NCBI RefSeq assembly: GCF_964204645.1
Contig: NC_134031.1
Coordinates: forward strand, 682,001 to 746,000
Source: Tubulanus polymorphus
Lineage: Eukaryota > Animalia > Nemertea
Length of the DNA stretch: 64,000 nucleotides
Direction of reading: 5' to 3'
Made by a program: the position numbers and the translations under genes. The stretch's first letter is position 1; each line of letters opens with the position of its first letter. The notes beneath the pieces are model-generated. The model worked only from the letters and a program-made list of their open reading frames with translations. It had not been told where the DNA came from and searched no databases. Positions 15,330 through 28,419 of the stretch are shown here, in pieces.

Positions 15330-15625
15330 GGGGTAACTTTATAGGCCTAACTTACATCGGTGAATATCACATAATTATATACACATCAAGCTCAGGAAAT
15401 TCATCAAAATACTTTGTTAATCAATTGAAGAAATCCCACAATTCGAATTGTTACAGCCATCAATTTGACTTTTAGAATTCTCAACTCATTTATCTTCCTT
15501 GCAAAGATATTTATAAGAGACGCATAGTGGAATCAGCCATAATTTGTAAACTTTTGAAATCCAACTTTTACCAATCTAAATATTGGTTTTTCTCCACATA
15601 ATCAATCATTTTCCAGACATATCAA
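15330..15625 (+). mobile_element. Penelope-like element remnant (GIY-YIG endonuclease C-terminal part)
   Basis: Broken frames give TYIGE, SHQFDF*NSQLIY, CKDIYKRRIVESAII, NLNIGFSP, resembling PLE endonuclease C-termini. Confidence 0.6.
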
Positions 15626-16108
15626 CTCTTTTACATTTACAATATAGTGCCACACTGCTATCCACATCCACTTCAGTCCACTTCACATAGTTACATAATT
15701 TATATTCATTTTGAACTGTTTATATTGTTCGGTTTATCTTAATTCTGACATCGTTTTTGTTCATGTCCTGGACCCGGTTTTTGTTCATTTCCCGGACCCG
15801 GTTCCACAAGAAAACGGAGTTGCGCCTACTCGGATTCCTGGTGAAGTAGTTCAGGTGGCGAATGAAAGTGCAGATAATACGTGAAAGGCCAAGTTAAATT
15901 TCGACAATCTGACAATCAGAAGTAATTTCAAGTATTAGTTTTTACTAGTCAACGATTCCTTATTGTTTGACTGAAATCAGAAACAAGATATCAATTTTCT
16001 AGCCTTATGAATATTTTATTAAAAATATTGATTTTACGATAAGATTAAATAAAATGTAGATTAACGCGTTTAGTTCAGCAGTTCTCGATGGTCTGAAATC
16101 CATCTTTA

Positions 16109-16331
16109 TCAATATCTGTATCTGTTAAAATTAAGAATAAGTTTATCTTTTCCAGCATCGATCTGATACTGCTTTACTGTTACATCAACCAACATTCTTT
16201 GAGCAGCTTCATATTTGTACGCCTCTCGTTTCTCTCGTTTCTCGGCGCTGAGGATGGCAATTCCCATGTGCCATTTTTCCGCTTCTGGCTTTTACTCGCT
16301 GATGGTTGGTCAATTGGTTTCTCGAGGCCAT
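16109..16331 (-). pseudogene. Second dCMP deaminase relic with the catalytic core deleted
   Basis: PIDQPSA..KRK / WHMGIAILSAE joined to YEAAQRML...KLILNF; upstream flank resembles 11855-12000. Confidence 0.85.
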
Positions 16332-18255
16332 TGTAAACACAATTATGCATCAGGGTAAATTTTTAATGCGTTTAAATTTTAACATCTATTTTTATCTTTT
16401 GGCAAAATAATTCATTTCACCAGGAAGTTAATTCGTAAATTCACGTGAAATCAGTTTAAGTAGCTGAATAATATTAAACTCTATATGTCGAATCGATGGT
16501 CCGCGTTCATCGACAATGATTAGAGATTCGAGTTGGGTCTAAACCTACAAGTATTTATTGCAAACCGCCGACAGCTTGGCGAACGAGTCATCTCGTTATA
16601 ATATAATTTCCATGATTCTGATAATACGATATCGTGGATACAATCGCCATATTAATCCTAGCCATATTAGCCTTTCTAGTCCCTCGAATTCATATCAAAC
16701 AATTTAAACTTAAAGCTATACATGAAATAACATATCAGAATTGTAGGGACTGAGAAAAAAACCAATGCCATATTGCCATATGCCGTCATGCATGCCGTAC
16801 CATGCCAGGTTTAGAGCTAACCCAGATTATGTGACAAAAAATTGATTATAAACAATATTGTAAAATGGTATACGTACGTAGTGTGTTTGTCGTTTAAAGG
16901 GGAGCTCGAAGTCGATGATTGTGTTGTCAGTACCGTATGACTAAAGACACTTCGAACAGCAAACTCGTAGGACACTTATAGTACCGCAGTAATAAATCAG
17001 TCACATAGCGCAAATGCATTAAAACAACCAATCATGCGACAGTAGGCGGTAGCATATGCCATATGCAGAAATCATTTCTACTACGCTACCGCGACATATT
17101 TTATCTATACCGAAGCCCTAAAAATTCAGTTTGCAGGTTCGGTCTGTAGGGTAACGGGCCGTCTTTTGACTTGTACCGGGGATTGATGTTAGAACTGCAA
17201 TTAATCAGCGGCCCATAAAAAGACGAAAGCAAGGCGACCCGCAGCCGCACAAGCCCGGATAAGTGCTGTATAATGAATTCAGCTTGTGTCTGATACGAAC
17301 TATTTTGATTCCGCGTTCAAATTTTATTTTTATTTTTAGAAGGGTCAATATTCTACTCGAACGAATCTCTTTCATTAGGGAGAAATTGTTCCATTTAGGC
17401 TTTACTGATTGAGGGTTAAAATATATTCATATTATAATACTGGTTGGCTGAAATTTCTATCTGGAGCTACGGGTTGTGATCACGACGAATTGGAGTAATA
17501 TTTGTAGAAGGCCTATCAAGAGGGTTCATGATAATCCAAGGTAGGTAATCGACGCCGGCCGGAGTAAACCTATCCTCACTTGCCTCTCGCCGAACGAACG
17601 CGGATAGCTCCAACTAGCGGTGGATGATGTTCACATGAGATTCAATCATATTCTAGGTTCGGATCCCACATTTTCTGACGATGTATTCCGAGCACTCCCG
17701 AACTGTAACTTGAAGGTACAAGATCCCTTCACGAAATGTCTTCCTCCAGTCGGCCTGAGTAAATGTGGCTGCGGTGATTGTGGCCTCGTCATCGAAATTA
17801 GGTGTATTTGTGGTGTGAGCAAACACCATGTTATTGACATATTGACACGTCGTTTTGTTTCTGGACGCACGCGTTTGAGTAAATTACACGAATCACGAAA
17901 CTTTGAAAGCGAGATTTTCCGCACAAGAGATTCCCGCGTCACCTGAAAATGAAATGATGATAGGTTTCGTCTAGATAATCATCGCGATTAGAGCAATAAT
18001 TCTGATTAGTACGTCTGAAGTTCTGGCGGTAATTATAAGTTAGGAATGCTAATAACACTGTTTGCAATATTTCCTCTAAATTATTGATCAAATTAAACTC
18101 TTAGATAATTAACTACAATTTATTAATTGTAATGTATAATACTAATTTGGATATCTTCTGCCCGTGTAAGATTACGAATCAGATTCTGGTAACATGATTT
18201 TGCATTTCATGCCATTCTACTAGTGCAGGTATCCATCAAGATCTTGGACTTCGCA

Positions 18256-18727
18256 CCTTCACAGCCTGGACCCTGTAGACCCTCAGCCTGGCCCTGTACC
18301 TTCACAGCCTGGACCCTGTAGACCCTCAGCCTGGACATTGTGTACCCTCAGCCTGGCCATGTACCTTCACAGCCTGGACCCTGTAGACCCTCAGCCTGGA
18401 CCTCGTGTACCCTCAGTCTGGACCTTGTGTGCCCTCAGCCTGGCCATGTACCTTCACAGCCTGGACCTCGTGTACCCTCAGTCTGGACCTTGTGTGCCCT
18501 CAGCCTGGCCATGTACCTTCACAGCCTGGACCCTGTAGACCCTCAGCCTGGACCTCGTGTACCCTCAGCCTGGCCATGTACCTTCACAGCCTGGACCCTG
18601 TAGAACCTCAGCCTGGACCTCGTGTACCCTCAGTCTGGACCTTGTGTGCCCTCAGCCTGGCCATGTACCTTCACAGCCTGGACCCTGTAGACCCTCAGCC
18701 CAGACCCTGCACCTGCTCACCCTGGAC
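18256..18727. repeat. ~21-bp-subunit minisatellite
   Basis: cagcctggacc/gcc... units; source of several spurious ORFs. Confidence 0.9.
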
Positions 18728-19642
18728 ACCACTATTCCCATTTTTAGGTCTACTTTCAATCGCATTTGATGTCGTTCAATGAAAATGAACTACAAACACT
18801 GCAGACATTAGAAACTTTCAGAAACTGATCGATGTGTCCAGTCCAGTACTTCATCTGTAAAATTTTCCTCGTTTTTAACGAGAACGTATGACCTATATTT
18901 GGAAAGGGGGCGGTTATTGTAGATCTTTACATAAAGCATTTAATACAAACACTAAATTACCGCTGGTTTTATGTGACCTACGATTTTATCTAATTTACTT
19001 TTACTTTTTAAAAGTTATTACTCTATTAAAACATGATAAATATAGAACGAGATGATGAGAAAAAATGTATCAATAGATCGCAAGAGATAAGTGATTTTGA
19101 CAGTTTCTCGCTTGTCTATGTTGGCGCCTCTGACACAAGAGGGCGGACTTGATTCAGCAAACCATTGTACCCGCTTATTATAAATACCTGGCCATTATCA
19201 TGATGAACTCTATATTAGCCAGGCCATCTTATTTGTATGTCTATTGGCAATTATGGTTTCGATATGAAATTTAATAATTACTAAGTTCAAAATACCAGTT
19301 CACACGCTCTAAACACCCCTTTCAGCGACATCCTTATAAATACCGAGGAGGTGTTCGACCAGCCATGTCAGATGCGCCACAAGTTCATAACCCTCGCGAC
19401 AGCTTCTTGTTAAACTAGTAGCGCGTTTATTCTCTGAAGATTTTCTCAAAGGAGGAAGCAATCATCAGTTAAAGAGACGCCAAGATTTGCTGTAGTGTGG
19501 AAACAACAATCCGCTTCGTCCGCGGCTGTTATCGGTGGTTGATTATAGGAAGTCGAATATCCGACTAAAATATAATTTTAACTCGCGAACTTAGTATCGC
19601 AAACTACCTTATAATTGCCGGAGCTTTTGGAAGAACAGTAAC

Positions 19643-20680
19643 ATGGCGTTAAGCGGAAATGTAACTGTCGGTGGCGATGAAGAAAGTGTCGGTGTCTACC
19701 AACCCGGACATTTCTGTGGTTTATATTACGTATACTCGCAATCGCTACTAGACGGACCGATGTGGAAAGCCTGGCTTCAGTTTATCGGATCATTCCTTCT
19801 TTCGACTTTCGGTCTCGCCGCAAACATTATATCATTTGTGATTATGACTTTCACGAAAATGCGCAGGCATTCGTACACCGTTTACCTATCAGCTCTATCA
19901 TTGGTCGATGTGGGTAACGTGGTCCAGCGTCTGGTTATCTGGTTGAATTTGGCCAGTCTGTGGTTCGGTGGTCCGCTGATAGTTAAACCGGTGAATTTCT
20001 CGACCAGTACCGCGGCCACGTACTGTAGCATAACGTTAGCTGTCCAGAGTTGTTGGTTGGTTTCTGCAATAAGTATTGAAAGATTGATCGTGGTCTGTTT
20101 CCCGGTGATCGGGTACCGTCTGTGCACGAGAAAAGCGGCAACAATTATAACCGTTTCGACGCTATTTGTAGCAGCACTGGTTATGACGTACATATTGATG
20201 CCCAGTTTTAAGTTGGAGTTCCACCCGATATTGGGTTGTTATATCGGCAGAAGAAGTCAATTAGCAAATACTCTGATATCGGTGACGTTTATTTCTTTCT
20301 TACCGATCGCTGTAATCATCGCCTGCAACGCGTCCATAATCACCGCATTACTCAGGCGCAAGAATCTCTCCGAGTTGGCCACCGCGGATCCATCTGCAAG
20401 AAAGAAGCGCGCTAACGCTCTCAAGGTCACCAAATTACTGATTGCAGTGACTATGACATTGGTAATATGTTTGACACCGGCTACTATAGTGTCGGTCTGT
20501 ATGTTCCTGTGGCCTGAGTGGCTGTGGATTAGAGAGAATGTTTACGGTCCGGTGACTAATATTCTATGGGAGATGAATTATGGGATGAATTTAGTAGTTT
20601 ACGTGTTTACCTCGGCGGAAGTGAGAGGTTATCTCACGTGTCGTGGAGGTTCTAAGCACAACATTTCCTCGTCGCAGTGA
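19643..20680 (+). CDS. Intronless rhodopsin-class GPCR (FMRFamide-receptor-like/chemoreceptor-like)
   Basis: 345-aa ORF with about seven hydrophobic segments, GLAANIISF, LSALSLVD, SIERLIVVCFP, CLTP, NYGMNLVVY. Confidence 0.88.
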   Translation: MALSGNVTVGGDEESVGVYQPGHFCGLYYVYSQSLLDGPMWKAWLQFIGSFLLSTFGLAANIISFVIMTFTKMRRHSYTVYLSALSLVDVGNVVQRLVIWLNLASLWFGGPLIVKPVNFSTSTAATYCSITLAVQSCWLVSAISIERLIVVCFPVIGYRLCTRKAATIITVSTLFVAALVMTYILMPSFKLEFHPILGCYIGRRSQLANTLISVTFISFLPIAVIIACNASIITALLRRKNLSELATADPSARKKRANALKVTKLLIAVTMTLVICLTPATIVSVCMFLWPEWLWIRENVYGPVTNILWEMNYGMNLVVYVFTSAEVRGYLTCRGGSKHNISSSQ

Positions 20681-20802
20681 ATTCACAACACAAACTCCTA
20701 ACTGAATCGGTCCAACGGGCAATCATCTCATCGATGTGATTACTCTAGCTCAATCTGGGCCGACAGTTCAGCATTCAGTTTTCGATTAAGTGAGCTGGGC
20801 CC

Positions 20803-20925
20803 TGAACTGCGGAACTGAATCCCGAACTGAGGAACTGGATCCAGAACTGTGGAACTGGATCCAGAATTGGGGAACTGGATCCTGAACTGTGGAACTTGAT
20901 CCCGAACTGTGTGGAACTGGATCCT
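20803..20925. repeat. ~20-bp minisatellite resembling a MITE family 1 terminus
   Basis: gaactgtggaactggatcc units. Confidence 0.85.
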
Positions 20926-22329
20926 GTGTCACATTTTATCTTCAATGTTTTAACCCTTATGTTAAATCTTAACCCGCACTTGATGAACTTGGATCCGTAG
21001 TTCGAATTTTAGTTTCTATATTTGAAATTCAAAACAAGAAGTTTCAACTCTAACTCTTAACTGTGCGATTAATTGGCTTCTGCTCGGTTGGTAAAGATTT
21101 TGGTCTAAAGTAAAAGTATTTTGTTCTTTTAATTGAAAACTAACGAGAAAGCTGGATCCGATGTCGTATCTTTAGAACCAATATACATTGTACATAGTAG
21201 TATTCATTGTATTTGTCAGATTATATCGTATTTAACGTGTATTTTGTGATCATTAACTATGATTCTATTGTAATTTCGTGGGATTTTCTTTTTTCTAACG
21301 CGCATGAAAGATCTGGATAAACAACTTCTTCGAATATCAAGTACAGGTTTTCATGTATAATTATATTCTGACAAATTTAAAACTTCTGTTTTTGTGCGTG
21401 GACCTACGTGTACATTAGTTCATTCTATTGCTGAATTGTGAACGTTTAAATCGTTCTCTAAGTTTCAAATACGAGTGAAAGTAAATCCTACCGTGAACGC
21501 GCTCTTGCGACCGCTGTTCGATTAGTTTTATATTTACAAAGCGAATTTTCGATAAAGTATGGTAATCGAGATCCCGACTGAGCATGCGTCGCAGTAATCG
21601 AGCGCCTGTCCGTCATTTATACCAAATCGCAAAAATTAGAATTTTCATCACATTTAAGAACAAGGTCGTGACAACAGAGCGTTATTGCGGGATTCGTTTT
21701 CAATATTTCACAAAGAGCCTAGTCAATGCTCGTGGAGCACGAAATGTTTTAGATTTAGATTCGAACACACCTTATAGTATGTACATTTAATACCCAACAC
21801 GCGTGTGTCGTAGGGAAACATTCGGAAACATGTTTCTGTGACTTGTTGTTTCCATGTTTCGTTGCGTCGTGTGCGTTGGCCACTTATAAACACTGGTATG
21901 AAAAAAGATTGGGTTTGTCTCCTAGAATTACGGCTGTTTGTTAATTAATCTTTCGTCGACTTAGGAAGCTTTCAGAGGAAGAATAGAATAGACCGATTAG
22001 TGAATCCCAAACTACAAACAAAGAAGAGTCACATTTGACATTTCGGTTTCTTGGATTGCCGTCATTAAAACTTTATCAGCTTCATCTCCTGACGTGCGCT
22101 GACTTAACGCCGTGACGATGTAGGTCTCGGTTCCTGTACATTTATTTCAGTGACAGTGTTGCCGTAACAGATAATCAAATGTTCTGATCTCTCCTTCGAA
22201 TGTTCCGGCTGCGCGAGTCTATCAAGTTCTGCCGGGGCTTCGTGGGGGAAAATTCAATATAATTACCATGCGTCAATCCACGGATATGAAATCGATAAAA
22301 CATCTTCCGCCGTCAAGGGATTCGAACTC

Positions 22330-22670
22330 ACTAAGCTAAAAAGCCATTTCCCGCGAAACCCTTGACCTCGCCGCGACAAGCCGGCCGACCAGAATCCGCG
22401 GCGGGCCAACCACAGCGCAAACGCCACCCATTAGCAGCCTCTGTTGAATTTCTCGTTTGGTCATTGATACTAAACGGTTTCCGCCTAAACAAAGACGCCG
22501 GTTTGAACTAAGACGATTTTCCCACAAACCGAAACGGTTTCCGGGCGGCCGCACCTCGCTTTGTCAAAGCCCACTGGAAGGTCTCCTTCTTTGCCCTTCC
22601 AGACTGACCGTGGTTGCCGGCCTCAGCTATTCTGCCTGTGAATGCAGGTGGCGCATAATTAGTGGCAAGT
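22330..22670. promoter_or_regulatory. CpG-rich putative promoter upstream of TMEM141, with E2F-like motifs
   Basis: Local GC/CpG rise; TTTCCCGCGAAA, TTTCCGCC, and AAACGGTTTCCG twice. Confidence 0.45.
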
Positions 22671-23112
22671 ATTTTTCTGTCATTTCATATTGCAAAGATG
22701 TTTCTTGTGGGGCCTATAACTGATGTTCAGTAGAATATATTTAGAATTGAATTGAATTGCGTAGCATATCGATTGCCAGAGGCAGTGTTCATGTTAGTGT
22801 TTAAAAACTCCGCTATCGATATGCAAAGCGGCAGCACCTCACGGTCCTATCGATACAATTTTCAATTCAATTAATTCTTTATTGTTCCGTTACGTAGTTA
22901 TACATGACTGCCAGAGTCACTCTCATTGCCGATTTTATTCTCTGCAAATTTCGGATCAAATGTCTTCAAATAAAAACGATAATTAGAATTATTATTATAT
23001 AAATCTGGGAGTTTTTTTTAGAATAAATTAGTATTAAATAAAATCAAATTGAATTCGGTATTGCGTAATATCAAACTCAAATACAAATGGATTTTATTAT
23101 TCAGCTGTCAAA

Positions 23113-24068
23113 ATGAATAATTTAGAACAAGTTGCAGAAGAAGCTACGAAAAAGTTCCCGGTAAGTTTCAGCACCGTTTTGCCCGTCATGTCGGCTTTGG
23201 ACACCCCCAGAAACCAACCCAAGACTGCCCAATCCAAGCGGGCTAGGTATTAAACTCTGGGGCTAGTTTAGTGAATTGTTTCCTTACTTTTAGGCTTAGT
23301 TAGTTGGTAAGCTTTATAAATCGGATGGGACCACTACAGACAGGTTACTACCACTAAAGATAAGGACCAGAACCGGTTACCAATTGAACTATGGGCTAGT
23401 GGGCCAACTTTAAGTGTTGTTGACTGCGACACCTACCCAATACAAACGCTCCGCTGTTTCAGCCAAATCATGCTGAGTCTGTTGATTTCCCAGGGTAGGT
23501 TGGCTAGCTAAGATCAGGTATTGGTCACACTTGTTTATGTTTTTCAGCACTATCGTACCTATGCCAAGTGTCAGTCACAGGCTTTCATGAAAGGAATATT
23601 GACTTTTTTCGCTGGTAAGTTCATAGTCGTCTAGAATCTTTCCAATCTCGCCGGTAGTTTCAGAAACGGGGGTTTATCTAAAATGTAACGAATATTTCAG
23701 GATTTGCCGGTTCATATTTAGCGCAGGAGTTCGTTCGTAAGAGGAGACTGATCGGTGGAATCGATCGTAAAGTGATTCTCCTTTCATCGCTCCTGATAGG
23801 AGCCGCTGGGTCTTACGCAACTACACGACATGAGACTAAAAACTGTCAGGAAATGTGGCTCGTTTTAGAGGATAAATACACTAATCTGACACCAGGGGGA
23901 GGTAATAGTAGTGTGTATTTAAATACACAATCACTTTGTGCCCGATCAACATCGTAACAACCAATCAATTGGTTGTATGATGTTGGACTTAAAAATAAAC
24001 CTGGTTTTTCTTTTGTTTTAGGACGATTAAAACAAGTATCGGAAACGGAATCAGAATCGGAAAGATAA
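23113..24068 (+). CDS. TMEM141: Transmembrane protein 141; exons 23113-23160, 23548-23614, 23701-23901, 24022-24068
   Basis: MNNLEQVAEEATKKFP-HYRTYAKCQSQAFMKGILTFFAG...GSYATTRHETKNCQEMWLVLE matches the TMEM141 pattern Y..CQS.AFMKG...SY..TR.E...C...W..LE. Confidence 0.92.
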
Positions 24069-24229
24069 TCAGGGATCCAGTGAATCAGGAGTCCACGCGT
24101 GACTAACTGAACCGACACCAGGATATACCCACTCACTGGTGACTGATATAACAATTGATTATCAGTTGAATGCACTGTTTAAGTTGTGATAGTTGTGTAG
24201 ATGGTTTATCTAAATGACAACTAACGCTG

Positions 24230-24300
24230 AGTAAATTGAATTAGAAATACAAATTGAGACTCGAAAATAGAGACAACTTCAGTAATGTGACAACTTATCC
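24230..24300 (+). repeat. Short dispersed repeat; copies near 29348-29418, 32400-32476, 36752-36800
   Basis: agtaaattgaatt(a/g)gaaatacaaatt...acttcagtaatgtgac.acttatc. Confidence 0.75.
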
Positions 24301-24480
24301 TGAATTTGGCTTGTATTTGTAAGTCAGATATTTCTCTGATCTCTTCTGTTTCTTAGTTTGAGAATCTTGTATACAACATCATCGTGTAAATTAATGTATT
24401 TTCTATATAATATAAATGTTAAAGTTTTGAAGTTGTAGGTTATGTTATATTTTGTTCATCTGGCTGAACCCACTTCCATA

Positions 24481-24702
24481 GGATTCAGTTCCACCAGCTC
24501 CACGAGCCACAGTTCAGAACTCAGTTCCACAGTGCAGGATTCAGTTCCACCAGCTCCAGGAGCCTCAGTTCAGAACTCAGATCCACAGTGCAGGATTCAG
24601 TTCCACAGTTCAGAATTCAGTTCCACAGTGCAGGATTCAGTTCCACCAGCTCCAGGAGCCACAGTTCAGAACTCAGATCCACAGTGCAGGATTCAGTCCC
24701 AC
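24481..24702. repeat. Minisatellite built on the cagttccac(c)ag motif
   Basis: ggattcagttccac... units. Confidence 0.85.
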
Positions 24703-27700
24703 ACTTCTAAAATCCAATTCCATACTTCAGAACCAAGTTGCACATTTGTTGCTCGAAACTTGAATTAGTTCATTGGCAACATATTGACTCAAATGCCGAT
24801 AACTGAGGAATCAGATTCTGGATTCTAAAGAATGGATTTGAACTTAATCAATTTTACCGAATAAAGCGATAGAGGACGCCACAAATTAAACAGATTTGCC
24901 TTTTTTATTTTATTTAACAACCAAAGACATTATATTTTTGTTTGTCATGTTTTTGGAATGAAGGAGGATTTGAAAAGACTGAAACTCCATAAAACTTGTA
25001 CATGAATTCACATTGTGTACAATGTATATATAATAAAATGAAACACACACAATAACAATGAGAAATGTCTTGCACATATCAACCAGAAAAACAAACATAT
25101 TTCATCCTACAAGGTTCCAGTTCAATAAATTGAAATTGATGGTTGAAGTGGATGCTAAATTGTACAAACTACAGCAGACTCATCCTTACTTGGTCAAGCG
25201 CTTGAGAGTGAATTTCACTAGAATCTATTCAGAAAACATACAGCAAACAGATGGCGCTTACCACCGAGCTGATTCTGTGACAAATATCTAAAATTCATGC
25301 GATGACAATCCAGATTTTTCGGTCACTCTCTATGGTATTTCACAGATTCTCAATTCGGTGAAATATTTACAGCAGTCTCAAATGCTTCCAAGTACAGCGC
25401 AATTAACTGTATTTATTATAAACATCTTTTTCAAGTATCGACAACATTTTGCTCCATGTTCAGACCTGTCAAAGAAACAGACGCTGAAAGTTCGCGCAAC
25501 TAAATCTCGAGACCGAAGTTTGAATTTCAAAACGATGAGATCTAATAATATAGGCAGTTACTAATTCATAGTCAGGACTAAATGCATTCAGAGTTTATTA
25601 GAGATGTATTTTTCAACGCTGGAATTGAAACTGACAAAGAGAAACTGACTGAAACTATAATAGCTGCATTTAAAATCATACACATCGATGAAATTAATTA
25701 ATAAAAGTTTACAAAAAATGGATAAAATATCTTTAAAAAATACACATGCACAATCGACACAATTACAAAATATATCGGGAAAAATCTATAGAACAAATAA
25801 TAGGTTTAAAAACTACATAAAAAAGCTTTTTTTTACAAAAAGCAAAATGAGGAATTTTAGAATTATATAGAAACATATCGTGTAAACATCGTTATTACAA
25901 GTGATAAAAACACTGGACAAAAAAACTACATGAATTCGTAGAGAATTTCTAAAAACACTCATCTCAAGTACAAGCATGAAAGGAGGCCGGGTTCTCTACG
26001 GTTAAAAACTTTCAATTGCTGAATTTTAAGCGAGCAAAATCCAGGACCCGGTTCCACAGTTGTGAGTTATAGAGTTAACTATTGAGTTGAAATTAGTTCA
26101 TTTACAATGAGTCAAATCTTTACACAGAACTGTGGAACTGGATCCAGTTGTATATTGCGAACAAACAGACATGTAATACATGTACTACAGTGACTCATGT
26201 CACCATCAAACATATATACACCTTACACATCTACGTAAAAACAAAGAAATGAGAAATTATCAATATTTTTACTATTGGAATGTAGTAATTAACACAATTT
26301 TCAACCGATATAGAAATAACACATACGAATATTGACAGTATTTATGATGGATTCACAATATAGAGAGTGTTTATTCAAACACTTTGAGTCCGTGTTAAAT
26401 CAATAGATAATAAGTCACTCATCTTCATGGACCGCGTCCATAGTCCATACTGAAGTCCAAAAGTGGTCTCAAATCTTAAGATCGGTCTATATATTGAATA
26501 TAGAAATAAGTTGGTCTCAGACCAGTCTAATCCATGACTATTGAACCGGCCCCAAAAATATAAGGATATAGTTGATAAGCTACTAGCTCAAGGAAACTGT
26601 TAATATCTTTGCAACACGGACTCAGGGTTCCTCGAAAGGTGTACCGGTACATTTTATATGAATTACTACTGAGCTTTAGAACTTATTCATTTGACGTCAA
26701 ACTGACCACCAGGTGTAAGCTGCTATCTGAAATAATTGTCACGGTTGATGGTGATCTGATGGAGGCATGTGTAACAATAGACGCAATATCCGTCAATAAG
26801 GAATAATCAGTTGCATAGTCGTGACTTAAGTCCAAAATTGGTCTTAATCTTAAGACTGGTCTTAAGTTGTTAGATTGGATATAGAACTAAGTTGGTCCTA
26901 GATTGGTCTTAAGTCTAAGCCACGACTATGCGACCGACCCCTGTCATTTGAAGGTGTGGAATGCATGATATCGGTAAATAAGGTCTACTTACGGAGATCG
27001 AGTCCTAGCTACATCTCGTGAACCTAATTAATAAACACTCTCTAACGTGATCCTCATTATTGTAAACTTTGGAAAATTCGACATTGATTTGACACTTTTT
27101 TGAATATTATTAGCGACATTGAAAACACTGAGCTCAACGCTCGTGATCAGACATTATAAACAATCATAGAATAATAGAATACATTTACGCACGCAGGAAA
27201 TAAGATATATATTATATATTACTACCAATCATTTGATTGCGATATTTATTTATTATGAATCGATGATAAAAACTATTTATATTATTATTAATAATATTTC
27301 GTATACATAGATGAACGCGATCAGAGAGAGCGCGAACAACTCAACTCTCATCATATACACGAGATTCATGGATTATTTATAAATGATTAAACTTTGGAAA
27401 AGATAAAACTATCGTTTGAAGATTACGTAGTTTCTTTATACAAACAAGCGTTTGGTCGCGTTCCTTCGAGAGCAGCGGTTTGGTCAGGATTGAACTTATG
27501 AACGTGTTATTAATGGAACTCTATGTATCCAATATGTATCATATACGTGTACATAGAGGACATTGTGTGTAATGTTTTTGATGGTTGTGTTGATAATATC
27601 TTCTTACAGAGGCCATCCTCTTACTCAACCAGGCATGCATAAACATCTGAGGCTCTTAAAAAGAATTTACATGGGGCAAATTAATAAGAAAATGGCAGAA

Positions 27701-28419
27701 ACATTCTCCAGAATTTCCAGAATTGTGTCTTTACAGACAGTGAAAGCCCATTTCAACAACAATGTACCTTTTTTTACCGCGAAATAAACGGGGCATTCAA
27801 AATTTAGAGGGTGTTAGGGAAGTCTAAGGGAGACCCCCTCGATCTGTAACGTCAAAACCTTTATCCGGTATCATAACCCATGATATCATATCATATCCTG
27901 ACCACGCTTACTCAATTCATCAGTTGATGTACACTTTATTACGAGCGTCATACCGTCTGTCAATTCATGGACGCTTCCTACGCGTCTTGCATGGGTCATG
28001 GGCTAGACAACGCTAGCCCAAGCCTCATTCATATATCGTCCCGTTGTATCCTTGTCGTCGTCATTGCAAATAGTTTTATTACGTGTTAAAAACTTTTCGT
28101 TTTTTTCGCGCGTGAATTGAAAATTTAGCGGAGAAATGCCGTGTCGCTTCCTGCGTCCTTTCAACAAACATCGCTTCAAAAACTGAAAAATCTCTTTGAA
28201 TAAACTTTCTCTACATGTGATACGTATATATATACATCATCCATCATCGATCTACTAATCACAAACCGGTTCTACAGCATGAGACTAAACTCACTCGCGA
28301 TAAACCATCGAAATAAACGATTCCAGTCGCCGCATGACTAGCCGGTGCTTCCCTCTATCGGTGAGATTAGTGACTTCTTCGTTCATCTAGCCCAATGAAA
28401 ACCATGCAAGTTCTTTCAA

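Noticed and set aside
17225-17290. Twister-ribozyme-like CAAGCCCGGATAA
   Set aside because: Lacks the upstream UAA/P2 elements, a complete P4 and the downstream GAGGG-type strand
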